DNA of 64,000 nucleotides from Octopus vulgaris (Eukaryota): the NCBI GenBank assembly GCA_951406725.2, contig OX597827.1, positions 7,812,001 through 7,876,000 of the forward strand, written 5' to 3'. Below the pieces are notes generated by a model, which searched no databases, was not told the origin of the DNA, and saw nothing but the letters and a program-made list of their open reading frames with translations. Position numbers and translations under genes: made by a program. How positions within the stretch are numbered: the stretch's first letter is position 1; each line of letters begins with the position of its first letter. This document shows positions 27,809-41,552 of the stretch, piece after piece.

Positions 27809-28369
27809 TTTATGTACAAATAACTTAAGTTTCATTGAGGAATCAGTTGGAAGACTGACAAAATTGATTTGAATTATGAAAGGGAAATGGAAAAATTGCT
27901 GGACAAATAAGTATGATACATATGTTAGAAAGAGATCAGTATGCACGTGAAAATATTTAGAAAGTGAAGACTTTACAACAGCGAAGCAATTTGCGAGAGC
28001 TCGATATTTTTAGTACATTATTGGCAATCATTAGAGTATTGGATGGAATATCTTGTGTCAATTGTTCTGATTCTTTGTGCACCGAGTTCAAATCCTGCCA
28101 AGGTCATCTTTGCCTTTTATTCATTTAGGTCAGTAAAAAAAGTTCCAAACTAGGGAAGTGGATTGAAAAAAATATCTTGCAGGGTCTGCTCCAGCTTTAT
28201 GCTTCAGTGCCTGCAATGGTACTAATGAGAGGCTGGATGTGCTTTAAAGTGGTGACCTTTTCCTTAGACAACATCAGTAGAGTAGAGAGAGAAGACCCAC
28301 ATGTAAGCCTCCCTTTCCATGGCACTGTTGTTGACCAAAGCGTGTACGTACAAAATGCAGATACCATCT

Positions 28370-29243
28370 GTGAAGGGTAATTGTCCCCCATTTTATACTT
28401 TTGATTTTGTGCATGCACAATGTTTGTTTTTGATTTTGTTGACTACATAACATAGTAGGGTCAGTTGGGCACTGTCTGTGAGAAAAACAGCACAATTCAC
28501 ACTGCCAGAAATTTGGAAACGATATGCTGTACTGTTTGGCATTCACACTGGAAACTCTGATATGAACAGATGGTAAACACACAGAGCAACTATTGCCTTG
28601 TCATATCCCCTAAACATATCCCAAGAGTGATAAAAAAACATCCAGTCAACATTATGGTATTTGGAGTGATCACTTATGATGGTGAGGTCATGCCTCCATT
28701 TATCTTACCACATGGCCTCTGACTCAACATGGAGGCATCCATCAAGTGCCTGGAGGAGGTAGTGCTGCCCTGGGTAAAGAGGGTGGCTGCTGGAAGACCC
28801 TAAGTCTGGGCAACAGGATTCTGCAATATGCCACGCAAGCAGGAGAACCCAGTCATGGCTGTCAGACAATTCCTGTGACCACATTATTCCTAACATCTGG
28901 CCACCTAAATCCCCAGACTTGCAACCCCCTTGATTATTATGTGTGGGGTGCAGTTGAGCGAGAGACTAACAAAACTCCTTGTAAGACTAAAGATGAACTA
29001 AAGGTAAGAATTTTAGCAGCATTCACCAACTTAAACAAGGAGACCATCCAGAAGAGTTGCAGAAGGTTCTGAAGTCATCTGGAGGCCGTGGTTGATGCCA
29101 ATGGCGATTTTATTGAATAAATTTACTCTTTAGTATTTCAAGATATTTTAATGTAATTTTGGTAAATATATTTGATAAACTAAGATGTCAGTGTTAATTT
29201 CATTTTTGCGTAATTTAGACAACAATATATTAACTGCACCCTG
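28370..29243 (+). mobile_element. maT (DD37D) transposon remnant, internally deleted
   Basis: MVFGVI..DG..MPP, then QQDSAICH..WPPKSPD(frameshift)CNPLDYYVW with 37 residues between the last two Asp. Right end gcaccctg|ta; left end is approximate. Confidence 0.85.
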
Positions 29244-29788
29244 TATAGGTAGTCAAGCAGTCAGACAAAAGCCCTAAGAGAACTCATAGTGTGAGTGTTG
29301 AAGCATAAGTTACTTTTAATCCTCATGTTTTGCTGGAGGCAACTTGTAACTTATGTAATATAAACTACTTAATGAGCAAAAATAGTTAATGAGAAGTACA
29401 GAATCAAGGTCTAAAAGAATTACTTGCTTTATGTAAAAATAAAACAGAATCCAAATGAACTGACATTCGTCTGTGTCGTACTGAAAGCAGAGATCATGTA
29501 ATACAAAGGAGTGAGTAATGATATATTGAATGTGAAAAGAATTGATGATGGACAGAAGTGTAAGTGAATAATATGATTGATTATTAGAAGCATTTGCTAT
29601 TGTTGTCAAGCGTAATGAATAACTAAGGAGATGTGGACATAAGAAGAGAATGGACTGCATAAGTTAGATAAAACAGTGTCAATAGATTCTAGTAAAAACT
29701 AGTAGAGATTAGCAATGGGGATAAGAAAGCTGAGAGAAGAAACATTAACAAGTAGACAAAGTAATGGGCAATACACTCATGTCCTGAG

Positions 29789-29924
<136 letters not shown>

Positions 29925-30388
29925 CATATATATACACATATATATACACATACATATATATATATATACATATACACACACACACAACACACATATATAT
30001 ATATATATATATATACATACATATACACACACACACACACACATATATATATCATCAATAGATCATAAATCATAAACCCGAAAGAGAGGTACACTCCAAT
30101 TTATAAAGCAATAGAGTATTTAGACAATGTTTGTTATAGCTGGGTCATAGGGTTACCCAGGTTTTCACATCCTTAAAGCACTTAGCTTTATACACATCTT
30201 TACAGACCCAAATGGCCTGTGGCCTATAACTTCTCTTCAAATGTGGTTATCTTTTCAAAACTTTGCCTGGTTTAAAAAAACCACATCAGACACCTTGATA
30301 GAGCTAAGGTATAAGTACAAAAGGTGGTCAGACTCTGCATGAGGAGTAAGCAACCACCACTATATGTATGTATATGTACGTATATGTA

Positions 30389-30785
30389 TACTCTTTTACT
30401 TGTCTCAGTCATTTGACTGCGGCCATGCTGGAGCACCGCCTTTAGTCGAGCAAATCGACCCCGGGACTTATTCTTTGTAAGCCCAGTACTTATTCTATCG
30501 GTCTCTTTTGCCGAACCGCTAAGTGACGGGGACATAAACACACCAGCATCGGTTGTCAATCAATGCTAGGGGGACAAACACAGACACACAAATATATATG
30601 CACACATATATATATACATATATACGACAGGCTTCTTTCAGTTTCCGTCTACCAAATCCACTCACAAGGCATTGGTCGGCCCGGGGCTATAGCAGAAGAC
30701 ACTTGCCCAAGATGCCACGCAGTGGGACTGAACCCGGAACCATGTGGTTGGTAAACAAGCTACTTACCACACAGCCTGTCCTCCG

Positions 30786-30787
<2 letters not shown>
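30389..30787 (-). mobile_element. SINE family A
   Basis: High identity to other young copies. Confidence 0.93.
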
Positions 30788-30826
<39 letters not shown>

Positions 30827-31419
30827 ATATACATATATGTTTGCATATGTGTGTATATATATGTGTGTATGTGTGTTATTTTATATACACAAATTACTTA
30901 CTCATATACACATATATAAGTATATACATATATATACATGTATATATGTATGCATTCGTATACACTGAAGTAATTCGCATTTATGAAGACATGACTTGTG
31001 AAATGAATTACTTATTTTAACATTTGTGAATATTAATAACTTCCTTCCTCATGTACACATCTAGTCTTTTCAAGTTACACACATGCATACATGCACATAC
31101 ACTGACAAGCACGTACACACAGAAACACAGACACACAGACCCCCAAACAGACACAGAAACACACATACACACTCACACATACATACACACACGCATATTG
31201 TAATTTGGGAGTTTTGTTTCAAGCAGTTCTCCCAACTATATACACAGGCTGATCACATTGTTCAACACTGTCATAAAAGCCCATCGAGACATCAGATCAG
31301 GCTGGGAGTTCAAATCTCCTGACCCTAAGCTCGTGCTTTATCAAAGAGTAGGAGTTTCACATGCAAGCATAATTAATTCAGTATCCAATTCATCAACGTA
31401 GTCATATCCGCTGATGAAT

Positions 31420-31529
31420 TCATCATCATGATCATCATGATCATCATGATCATCATCATGATCATCATCATGATCATGATCCTCCTCCTCCTCCTCCTCC
31501 TCATCATCATCATCATCATCATCCACATT

Positions 31530-31566
<37 letters not shown>

Positions 31567-31990
31567 CCACCACCACCACCACCACCACCACCACCACCGT
31601 TTAACATCTGTTTTCCATGCTGGCATGGGTTGGACGGTTTGACAGGAGCTGACCAGACTCCAATTGTCTGTATTGGCCAACCACTTTATTCTGTGCTGGT
31701 GCCTTTTGTGTGCTACTGACATGGGGACTTTTACATGGCACTGGCATGAGTGTATTCTATGCGGCACTGGTGCAAATGCCTTTTATGTAGCATTGGCACC
31801 AGCAAAGGATATGCCTAAATGTATGAATGACTGTGGTTTTACTTAGCTCTGTGCATCTTCTCAAGTACAGCAAATCCCCACAACTCCTGGTCCCTTGTCA
31901 TTTCCTCGATAAGGCCCAGCATCCGAATATCCTCTCTCATCACTTCATACTACATCTTTCTGGGTCTATCCCTTCTACAGGTTCCCTCCA
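31420..31990 (-). mobile_element. RTE-type 3' end with expanded trinucleotide tail
   Basis: gtttaacatctgttttccatgctggcatggg, preceded on + by (CAT)n/(CCT)n/(CAC)n. Confidence 0.75.
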
Positions 31991-32186
31991 CGATTACAGA
32001 TCAGCACTTCTTTAGGGCTTAGATACTGAGGGATGGAACTCCAACAATATTGAAGTTTGTGAATTCAGCTCTAGCTTTATTTCTAATGTCTCAAATAGTT
32101 GAGAATCCCATCACTGTTAGCTTATTATAGAAAATAAGTCAGCTTCCTCATCTTGCTTATATTTCTTAAAACGTTTTCCGCTTATA

Positions 32187-32595
32187 GGCGCAGGAGTGGC
32201 TGTGTGGTAAGTAGCTTGCTTGCCAACCACATGATTCCGGGTTCAGTCCCACTGCGTAGCATCTTAGGCATGTGCCTTCTACTATAGCCTCAGGCCAACC
32301 AAAGCCTTGTGAGTGGATTTGGTAGACGGAAACTGAAAGAAGCCCGTCGTATATATGTATGTATATATATATGTGTGTGTGTATGTTTGTGTGTCTGTGT
32401 TTGTCCCCCTAGCATTGCTTGACAACCGATGCTGGTGTGTTTAGGTCCCCGTCACTTAGCGGTTCGGCAAAAGAGACCGATAGAATAAGTACTGGGCTTA
32501 CAAAGAATAAGTCCTGGGGTCGATTTGCTCGACTAAAGGCGGTGCTCCAGCATGGCCGCAGTCAAATGACTGAGACAAGTAAAAGAGTAAAGAGT
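32187..32595 (+). mobile_element. SINE family A (tRNA-derived head; resembles octopus OR/OK-type SINEs)
   Basis: A-box-like TGGCTGTGTGG, B-box-like GGTTCAGTCCC, internal TA/TG microsatellite, AAGAGTAA tail. Confidence 0.93.
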
Positions 32596-33465
32596 TATTT
32601 ATCCTGGTTCTGTCTTTGATGGATTTAAGTCTATATCTAAGTTCATTTGTTTAGCCATTTTTGTGATTTTTTAACATTTGGAAGGTTTCTCTTTTTGTTT
32701 GTCCATTCTATTCAGTTAACTGTCTTAATTTTTTTTTTTTTTTGACTTTAAACATTTCTTATTTAAACTTCTTTGATATCACTCAAAATTAAATTTTCTT
32801 TCTGATTACAACACTGGTTTGTACTGCAATTATAGATGAGCCATATTGTATGACTCTAATGGTTACACTCTACATAACTTTTAGGAAAAATTGCACTTTC
32901 ACTTTCAATGGCCTGAACTGAGAGTGTTATAATAGCTACTTGCCTAAGTTTTACCTCATAGATGCATCCCTGAACCTAAAGTAAGGAACTTTGATATATT
33001 TATTAAAAGAATCTTGCCACCTGCCACCATGTTTAGAAGCCTTATCTGCAAATTTCAGTTGGACAGTCTCTAGCCTTCCTTCTTCTAAGAAAAGTTTTGA
33101 TAGGGTAGCTCTTTCTATAGTTGAGCCCTAGTGGATAGTAGCTTTATGAGGAAATTTCCTGCATCCACACACCCAAGATCACATAATTTGTGTTTCCTGT
33201 TCCCTTAAATGTTAATATCAGTGTAGATAACTAATTTCTATCCCTTTTAGATAAGTATATCCTAGTTGACCACATAAGCACTTCCCAACTGGCCACAAAT
33301 ATGGGAAAATTTTTACCAGGTATTATGTAAAAATCAGCTACAGTGCTTTCAATATGAAAGTACTTACTAGGAAGTCTTTTAACCATGACAACCCAGATTG
33401 TTCATATAAAAATACCGATGCATACTCTTTGATCAGAATGTAACATAAAATTGTGTATACCATTA

Positions 33466-33645
33466 TAGCATTGCTTGAAAACCGATGCTGGTGTGTTTAT
33501 GTCCCTGTCACTTAGTGGTTCGGCAAAAGAGACCGATAGAATAAGTACTGAGCTTACAGAGAATAAGTCCCGGGGTCGATTTGCTCAACTAAAGGCGGTG
33601 CTCCAGCATTGCCGCAGTCAACTGACTGAAACAAGTATAAAAGAG
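33466..33645 (+). mobile_element. SINE family A, 3' half
   Basis: Matches 32410-32585. Confidence 0.88.
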
Positions 33646-34757
33646 AAAGAGAGAGAGTCTTGGTTGGATGGCATTTTAACCACAGGTTTGCTTGGTCAGG
33701 GCTGACCTGGAATAAACTACAATAATGATCACAAGAGCAACAACAATGACAGCAGCCTCAATAACAATAAAAACCTAGATGTTGTCAACCATAGAAATAT
33801 GTGACCATATGATATTGTGAACAACTGGTGTGGTGTTTAAAAGTGTATGTCAATATCACAGGTGTAACAAACAACAGAGTATGTTGTGTACAAGGAAGAT
33901 ATCTAAATAGGAATTAAATTCATATATTTTACTAGCATAATCAGTATTGAAAAATATTTAAAATGTATTCGAATGTTTATACCTGCAGTTATTCAGACTT
34001 AACTCAGACTAGAAAGGAAACAGTTATTTTTCTGTTATAAATCTGAGAAACACCCATGACTGACTTTGATAACAGCATCACTAAAACTACTGCCAAATCT
34101 AAGACAGTATAAAATTCTGTTCTTACTTCTGCTGTTCATTTCATTTACATAAAGATATGCAACAGTGCTTGAGAAAAATAGGCAAATATCATTTTTGAAA
34201 ACCAAGGATGAAATGGTTTCATCATAGATCTACTCAATGATGGCTGACCCAGGATTTATCAACAACAATTATAAATGCTTTGAGTTAATGCATGATTATG
34301 AGCATGAGTAATTTCCAACCCTTTCTTTATCATTTAAACTCTTGGTTTTTATGTATTTTACCACTTTTCCTCTTCTTCTATGCAAAAAATAAAAACTAAA
34401 TAAACTCCATAAATAAAATTCAAAGGGAGATATTCAGAATGCCATGAGAGAAAAAAAACTTTTTAATTGAAATTTCCCTTTCTGTTTCAGAAAGCGATTC
34501 AAATCTTAACAGCTTAGCAGTCGTTGTTAGTGACACTCAAAGAAAAGGGGGAGGTAATTTCAAAGTATGTTTCTTAAAGTTAATTTATATGCATTGTGAA
34601 AGGAAAGTTCACATCTTTGCCAACCTGCTATCGTTAGGCACTTGTATATTAGCACTAGTATACTCACACACTAAATGCAGCATTTATTATTTGACTTCAG
34701 TGTCTGTAATATTTTGGGATTGTGGAGTGTCATTTTTCTTGTTTGGGTTTTGGACTT

Positions 34758-34825
<68 letters not shown>

Positions 34826-34848
34826 ATATATATATATATATATATATA

Positions 34849-35249
34849 TTAGTCATTTTAAATATTTATGTAATTAGATATAGACTAATATTGATATTAG
34901 ATTATGGGTTTCCTACCTTATAAATTAAAATTAATATTTAACATTATAGTCGATTTGGATATAATCATATTTGATAATAGAGTTTATTATAAGTAAAATT
35001 ATTATATTATATATATTATTTATATCTTAAAAATATTGATTATATTTTAGATATGTAAACCACCTGAAGAATGACTGTAACTCGAAAATGTTAAGAATTG
35101 AACAGCCATGAAACGATCGTAGTGTTATATTAATTATCTTTTTTAATAATTTTGATATATATTTAAATAATATAAATTAATTAATCTTATGTATTGGCTT
35201 AAGTTTTTCATTGTATGATTTGCCTAATAGTGGTTTTATCTCTAATTTA

Positions 35250-35255
<6 letters not shown>
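34849..35255 (+). mobile_element. (TA)n-flanked Penelope-like pLTR fragment carrying a hammerhead
   Basis: Contains the 35061 motif. Its last ~75 bp recur almost identically at about 41470-41550. Confidence 0.7.
35061..35124 (+). ncRNA. Type I hammerhead ribozyme, complete core
   Basis: CAC-CTGAAGA-ATGACTGT...ACAGCCAT-GAAA-CGATCGT-A-GTG: stem II 7 of 8 bp, palindromic stem III ACGATCGT, GTA triplet (cut after 35121), short stem I. Confidence 0.8.
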
Positions 35256-35293
<38 letters not shown>

Positions 35294-35839
35294 AATAATA
35301 ATGCCAAAATCTTAGTTCTGAGTTCATACTTCTTCGTTTTAATAACCCAGCTATTTAATCATTCAAATGCACATTTATAATGTACTGGGAAATAGCAATC
35401 CCCAAAAGACAACACTCTGCTGAATCTGTGATTGTGTTACGATTTTTTTTTTTTTTACCCCCAGCATTTCAATTTGTTTTGTTATATAGATTTTCTTTCA
35501 CCGACACAAAAGGTTGAGAAATAGATGAAAACAAATGATATGTATGTAATTACCATCGTGGACATTTTTGCTTAGAGCTAAGTGTTTCATATCTTTCAAC
35601 AGCCATTGATTTGTTGTTATTTGTTTGATTCTTTTCATGCCAATGTATTTAGTTAAAAATATGCATCTACCCATAAACAGAATCAATATTTGTCGTAGTC
35701 ATAACCTATAAAGGGACTGGAAGCACTATAGCATATATGGCTAAGAGGTAAATAAATTAATTATCAAAAATTATTTACCAACACACAAATAAAGATAAAA
35801 AATTGCATTAATTTGAATTTACTGTTCAATATGAGATAT

Positions 35840-36237
35840 CTCTCTTTACTTTTTTACTTATTTCAGTCAGTTGACTGCGGCCATGCTGGAGCACCACCTT
35901 TAGTTGAGCAAATCGACCTCGGGACTTCTTTTTTGTAAGCTCAGTACTTATTCTATCGGTCTCTTTTGCTGAACCGCTAAGTGACGGGGACGTAAGCACA
36001 CCAGCATCGGTTTTGAAGCAATACTAGGGGGACAAACACAGACACACAAACACACACACAGACACATATATATATATACGACAGGCTTCTTTCAGTTTCC
36101 GTCTACCAAATCCACTCACAAGGCATTGGTCGGCCCGGGGCTATAGCAGAAGACACTTGCCCAAGATGCCACGCAGTGGGACTTAACCCGGAACCATGTG
36201 GTTGGCAAGCAAGCTACTTACCACACAGCCACTCCTA
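35840..36237 (-). mobile_element. SINE family A
   Basis: High identity to other young copies. Confidence 0.93.
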
Positions 36238-36379
36238 CCAAATATTTTTAATATAAGATAAATATTTATATCAGTTTCTGGTCCTTATTTGCTGCATCGG
36301 TTTCTCCCATCTTTGCAAAGAAAATCTGCATTTAGGTCTACATTACACAAATACCAAAGCATAAATTTTATTGAATTAC

Positions 36380-36533
36380 CTGAGAGTTCTTCATAATGTG
36401 ATCCCACTTTCTCAGTGAATTCACAGTCGTTCTGAGATTTTGCGGTCATTTGTCGGTAATTGTAAAAAGAACATCGAAAGTCTTCTGTATTTTTTCCGTG
36501 ACTGGCAGGTCTGTGAGCATTTTGAACATATAT
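36380..36533 (-). CDS. Protocadherin coding exon 2 (154 nt; IYVQNAHRPASHGKNTEDFRCSFYNYRQMTAKSQNDCEFTEKVGSHYEELS-G)
   Basis: Acceptor gtatttttcatatag|ATA and donor CAG|GTAATT. Open in phase 0 (matches exon 1) and ends in phase 1 (matches exon 3). Island of complex sequence between repeats. Confidence 0.8.
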
Positions 36534-36650
36534 CTATATGAAAAATACATACATATCTATATAGATATAAATATAAACATATATATATACACATACAAAC
36601 AAACACACACACACACATACATACATACACACACACACACACGCATATAT

Positions 36651-36905
36651 ATTTCACCTTCGAAACGTAGAGTAGACGAAACCATAGCGACTGAAGAAGG
36701 GTTTTTTTCTTTGTGTTAATTGTCTTGTACACTATTTTTTGTTGTTTAAAAAAATTTCCAGTTCCTTGGGTTTGTGTCTATGTTTTCGTTTCCCATTGTG
36801 TTCGACGTCTTTTTGGTGTCCTGTACTCATATATGTGTGTATATGTACATATAGAGGTAGGTACGTACATATATGTTTATATATATGCATATGTTTTATT
36901 TATTA
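36651..36905 (+). mobile_element. Truncated Penelope-like 3' end starting with the 3' half of a hammerhead
   Basis: CCTTC-GAAACGT-A-GAGT at 36657-36673 directly after a microsatellite, followed by a T-rich tail. Confidence 0.5.
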
Positions 36906-37954
36906 ATATATATATATATATATATATACACACAAGGAATTAATATCAAAATAAATTTTTTTTAAATGCACAAGGTGTGTATAAAAATAGAGAAATTGGT
37001 GTGGAGTGTCATGTCAAGAAATATATTTGTGTCTAAATAAAATTTCTGCTAATGTTGATCATCTCTGTGAAAGAAAAAAAAAATGAAGAAATCCTCAAAC
37101 AACAATGAATTTTTTCCTTCAATTTTTGCTGATCACTTACTTATATTTTTGTAAATATCAAATAAATCATAATAAAGCAATAAAGAAAAAAAATTTTTTT
37201 TAAATCATTCTCTGTATTAAGAGTAAAATACTAAGCATATGGAAGATATGGAAAAAAATTGCCATATTCTTAAAGGAAATTTGGAAGCAAATTCTGGGAA
37301 AATACTGAAATTATTTTGATCTTTCAGTGACTTTTATCTGCATATCATTTGGAAACAATTTTTATTGTAGTAAAATTACTTTCTTGTTCTCTCATTTCTT
37401 GGTTATCTTCCAAGTTATTCAGTGAGCCAATGCTTCGAATTATAATAAATTCTGATGATAGCTTACATCTGTATTCTTATGATAGATAATGCAGCTTTGG
37501 CTCCAGAAATATGAATTGAAATAAGAATTCTGAATGTCATAAAATGTTGAAATGTTCCAAAGGAAATGACTGAGCAAGTAAATGGTGCAGAATCTTGCTC
37601 ATTTTAGATGTTAGATATTGTGCCTTCTAAAATAAACAGTCAAACCAATAGATTACTTTTGCTTAAAACCCATTACCATTTTATTTCTATAATTTTGTTT
37701 CAATCTACATATTCACTATACCATTCCTACAAAAAGTCTCATGAAAGTGTACAGCTTCACAAAACATTTGAAAAGTTACAATTAGAAATATGAAGAAAAT
37801 ATCACAGAAAAGAAGCTCTTTTGATATTAAATTATTAGTAAATGGATTACAATTTAGAAAAAGAACATTATAAATACTTAATTTTATTATATTAAACTCA
37901 TTCACATTCATGCTCATATGCACACTTCTATTTTTATGAATGCATATGTATATA

Positions 37955-38008
<54 letters not shown>

Positions 38009-38493
38009 AACACACACATACACTGAATTAGTTTTGATTGGGACTTCAAGTTTCATCTAATAATGAAGTTTCCGGTCAAATATAACTTAATAATAAATTT
38101 GACTTTCCCCCTAGTATGGTGTAAGTATTCTGTTGTTATTTGATAAAATACCTTTAAAATAACTGTAAAAATTAACACACACATTAATATAAGTGTGTTT
38201 ATTCTTAAATATGCTTGTGTAAGTGTATAGTATTGAATGTATGTGTATTTGTATTATTATTTTATCTGTTTCTATTTATAGCAGAAAAACCTCCAATTTA
38301 AGAGAAAGTCCTTAATGCTTAAAGTAAAGTGGAAATATAATTTGTATCTATTAAATTAAAAAATCTTACAGGAGTTTTTTGTTAAGAAGGAAAAAGTACC
38401 AGTCTTGTAAGCATAATTAATTTATTTAACATGTTCATATACATGCCTTCGTCTTTTGCTTATTTTCGTAAACCTCCCCGTTATATATATATA

Positions 38494-38887
38494 CTAGCAG
38501 TATCGCCCGGCGTTGCTCGGGTTTGTAAGGGAAATAACTATACAGCATTTTTAGAGAGTTATAGACAAAAAATAGCAAAAAAATGCATTAAAAATGGAAA
38601 AAATATGATGGTAAATTTTGTTTTAAATCGTTGACTCATCGTAGACATTTTTAGAGAGTTACTTCCCTTTAAAAAAATATGCATGAAAATGGAAAAAAAT
38701 GATAGTAAATTATTTTTTAATTCGTAGACTCATCATAGACGCGCGCTAATACCCAAAAGGGCTCGATATGAATCACGACTATAAGATACCCGGTTTGGGT
38801 TAAACTGCACTGCAAAATGTGGGAGTAGTTAGGAATCTAAATCGAAGGGGACAGACACACACACAACTACAGTTTTATATATAAAGA
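38494..38887 (-). mobile_element. Non-autonomous Helitron
   Basis: Minus strand begins A|TCTTTATATATAAAA and ends with hairpin CCCGAGCAACGCCGGG then GCTAG|T. A-T target, no TSD, internal ~95-bp tandem duplication. Confidence 0.85.
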
Positions 38888-38900
38888 TATATATATAAAG

Positions 38901-39157
38901 AAAGAAAACAGAAAAGGGACAAGTACCAATGAACAACAATTGACTTACATCAATTATTATTTATTAATTCAATGCAAATAAACTGCATCCCATCTAACAG
39001 CTGTTTCTGTTTCCAGTGTTTCATGGTATTGTATACAACATTGGAAGCAGAAACAGCTGTTAGATGGGATGCAGTCTATTTGCATTGAATTAATAAATAA
39101 TTATTGATGTAAGTCAATTGCTGTTTATCATTGCTTCTCTATTTTTCTGTTTTCTTT
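38901..39157. mobile_element. Fold-back element with a hammerhead 3' half in both arms
   Basis: Arms 38901-39020 / 39037-39157. GAAACAGCTGT-T-AGATG at 39050-39066 and its complement. A related GAAACAGCTGT-C-AAGATG lies on the minus strand at 6589-6606. Confidence 0.7.
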
Positions 39158-39569
39158 AAATTTTGATTCTTGATAAACCCATGTTTATCCTTGTCTTTAC
39201 CTACAAATTATGAACATAATACATTTGCATATGTATGCCCATGGTTAAACACAGGTAATATACCAGTAGTGTAGCAGTTGACTATGGTGCAGCATGCATA
39301 TGTGAGAGTGTAGGTGCATCTCCTTGTCTTGACACCACTTGATAGTAGTAAATAAGTGTTATTGTCATACAAGCAATGTCATTCATTTCCAATCTTAAGG
39401 GGAAACACGTCCTGCCATGGGTAAAATAATAACTCACTTCGAAATGTGAGAATTTGTGACAGGAAATTTGCCTTCATAAAATTAATTCTTTCTGATCCAT
39501 TCAAGAATGGAAAAGTGTATGGTACAGCTTTGATGACAATGACAATGATACTGGTGGTGACATTTATAC

Positions 39570-39856
39570 ATGCCGAAGCCAGTGCCGCCTTGACTGGCTT
39601 CCATAAAATGCACCAATCCGACCGTGGCCGATGCCAGCCTCGCCTGGCACCAGTGCAGGTGGCACGTAAAAAGCACCCACTACACTCACGGAGTGGTTGG
39701 CGTTAGGAAGGGCATCCAGCTGTCGAAACTTTGCCAGATAAGACCGGAGCCTGGTGCAGCCTTCTGGCTTCTCAGATCCCCGGTCGAACCATCCAACCCA
39801 TGCTAGCATGGAAAGCGGACGTTAAACGATGATGATGATGATGATGATGATGATGC
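39570..39856 (+). mobile_element. RTE-type 3' end with (GAT)n tail
   Basis: GGCGTTAGGAAGGGCATCCAGC...CCATGCTAGCATGGAAAGCGGACGTTAAAC(GAT)n. Related ends at 3110-3165, 23240-23510 and 31597-31990 (-). Confidence 0.8.
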
Positions 39857-41290
39857 TTGACTGAGGAAGGAAGGCAAAGCAAAGGAAGAATAAAATTATA
39901 AATGAAAGAGAGACATATATGCTGTGAGTACAGTGAAAAGAAGTTGATCATTGCTTAAAAACTATAAAATACCATTAAAAAAGTACAAATTCTATGTCAT
40001 TTTCTAGTTATGAGTAAAACAAGGGTGCTCAGACTTTTGATGGTCATCATTCTTCTGTAGAATACATTTGTGCAACACCTCAAAGAGAAGGTTGGTTTAA
40101 AGAATGTAGAAATAGCAAGAAATATAGAGAAGAAAAGAGAGAAGTAGAAAATAAAAGAAAGGAAAAAAAGAAAAGATAAAGGAATGATAAAAATAAGAAA
40201 GATATTTGTATTTACAGTACAGAGAAGACAGATGATTAAGGGGTTTAAATAAATAAATAAAATGTAGTAAAGTAGAGTAGAGTAGAAATTTTCAAAAGAT
40301 TCATTTCTCAGATACTTGTACTTTCATCAATGTTGAGGGAAAAAAAGGAGAGAAGCAAGGAGATTTAGTAATAATTTTCAGTCTTCTGTGAAATATCTTT
40401 GAACAACATTTAGCTCTGGGGTGTCTTTCACACAAAATTCAGGTTTGAAAAGAGAAATTTTAAAAATGTGTATAATTTGTGTAATTAGACTCTAGGTAGA
40501 ATAAAGTTTCATGGGGTAAAGTTGTGTTGGTGGTAACACTTCAAAATTAGCTCATTTTATGAATTTAAACAGGTTTGCAGGCAACATAAAAATTATTTTT
40601 TGTCTCTGATACATTGATAACATGAGTCAGAAGCTTCAAAATATATCTTTTAGCCACCATACATTTTGTGAGAGATGTGTGGTTGTTTTAATCCTAGAGA
40701 TATCTAAAAGATATATCTATTGTGTAAAACTGCTATTAACAATATGTTTCAATGAGGTTAAATAGGTGTATTCAATTTCGTCTATTAAGTTCATTTTCAC
40801 ATCATGACATTAATTGTTTCCTGAGATAGTTACCATGCTGTTCACAAAAATTAATTTACAAATGTGGAGGAAATTATCAAATAATTTCTTCTATTTATCC
40901 CAGAAATCAGGCTTTTAATGTTACAAGAATAATTGTACACAGCTGTGGCTAATTTTCATGAGTTCCCTGTTAAATATTTTGTAAGTGGAGAGTAAATTTA
41001 GACTAGTCTTAAAAAGGTTTTGGTGCCAATGCAAATTCTATGGAGGATTAAACCAACTGATGTTACTCTGTTATTTGGTTGTGTGAGGTATTACTTATAA
41101 AATTCTTAATTTATTAAAATTCCCTTTAGGGAGACAGATGGAAAGCAAAAACTTAGTGGTGATTGTTAGCAGAATTGAATTGGAAAAGAAGACTATTTTA
41201 TGTAAAAAGACAACCTGATCTTTGTTTTGGAAATGAAAGTCAGCAATGGATGAATTTTGGCCTTAGTTTGGCTTCTCTATAATGAAGCAA

Positions 41291-41330
<40 letters not shown>

Positions 41331-41333
<3 letters not shown>

Positions 41334-41552
41334 AACGACCTGACCTCGAACACAGAAATGTAAACAAGAGAGATTGAACAAGGCAGAAACAAGGGAAATG
41401 CCACTTATATTTGAACACTATACAAATATTCCTTTAAAAATTTTCTTTTAATTTTTCTAAATTATAAATTATTTAATCGTTATGTATTGTCTTAAGTTTT
41501 TCATTGTATGATTTGCCTAATAGTGGTTTTATCTCTAATTTAATATAATATA
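41331..41552 (+). mobile_element. Second 3'-end copy of the 35-kb Penelope-like family, between (TA)n arrays
   Basis: Shared ttatgtattg.cttaagtttttcattgtatgatttgcctaatagtggttttatctctaatttaatataat. Confidence 0.7.

Noticed and set aside
32187-32260. tRNA gene
   Set aside because: The A/B boxes belong to a SINE head; no complete cloverleaf.
36657-36700. Permuted (type II) hammerhead from GAAACGTA plus downstream CTGAAGAAGG
   Set aside because: Stem I does not close and stem II would consume core bases. A 5'-truncated type I motif is the simpler reading.
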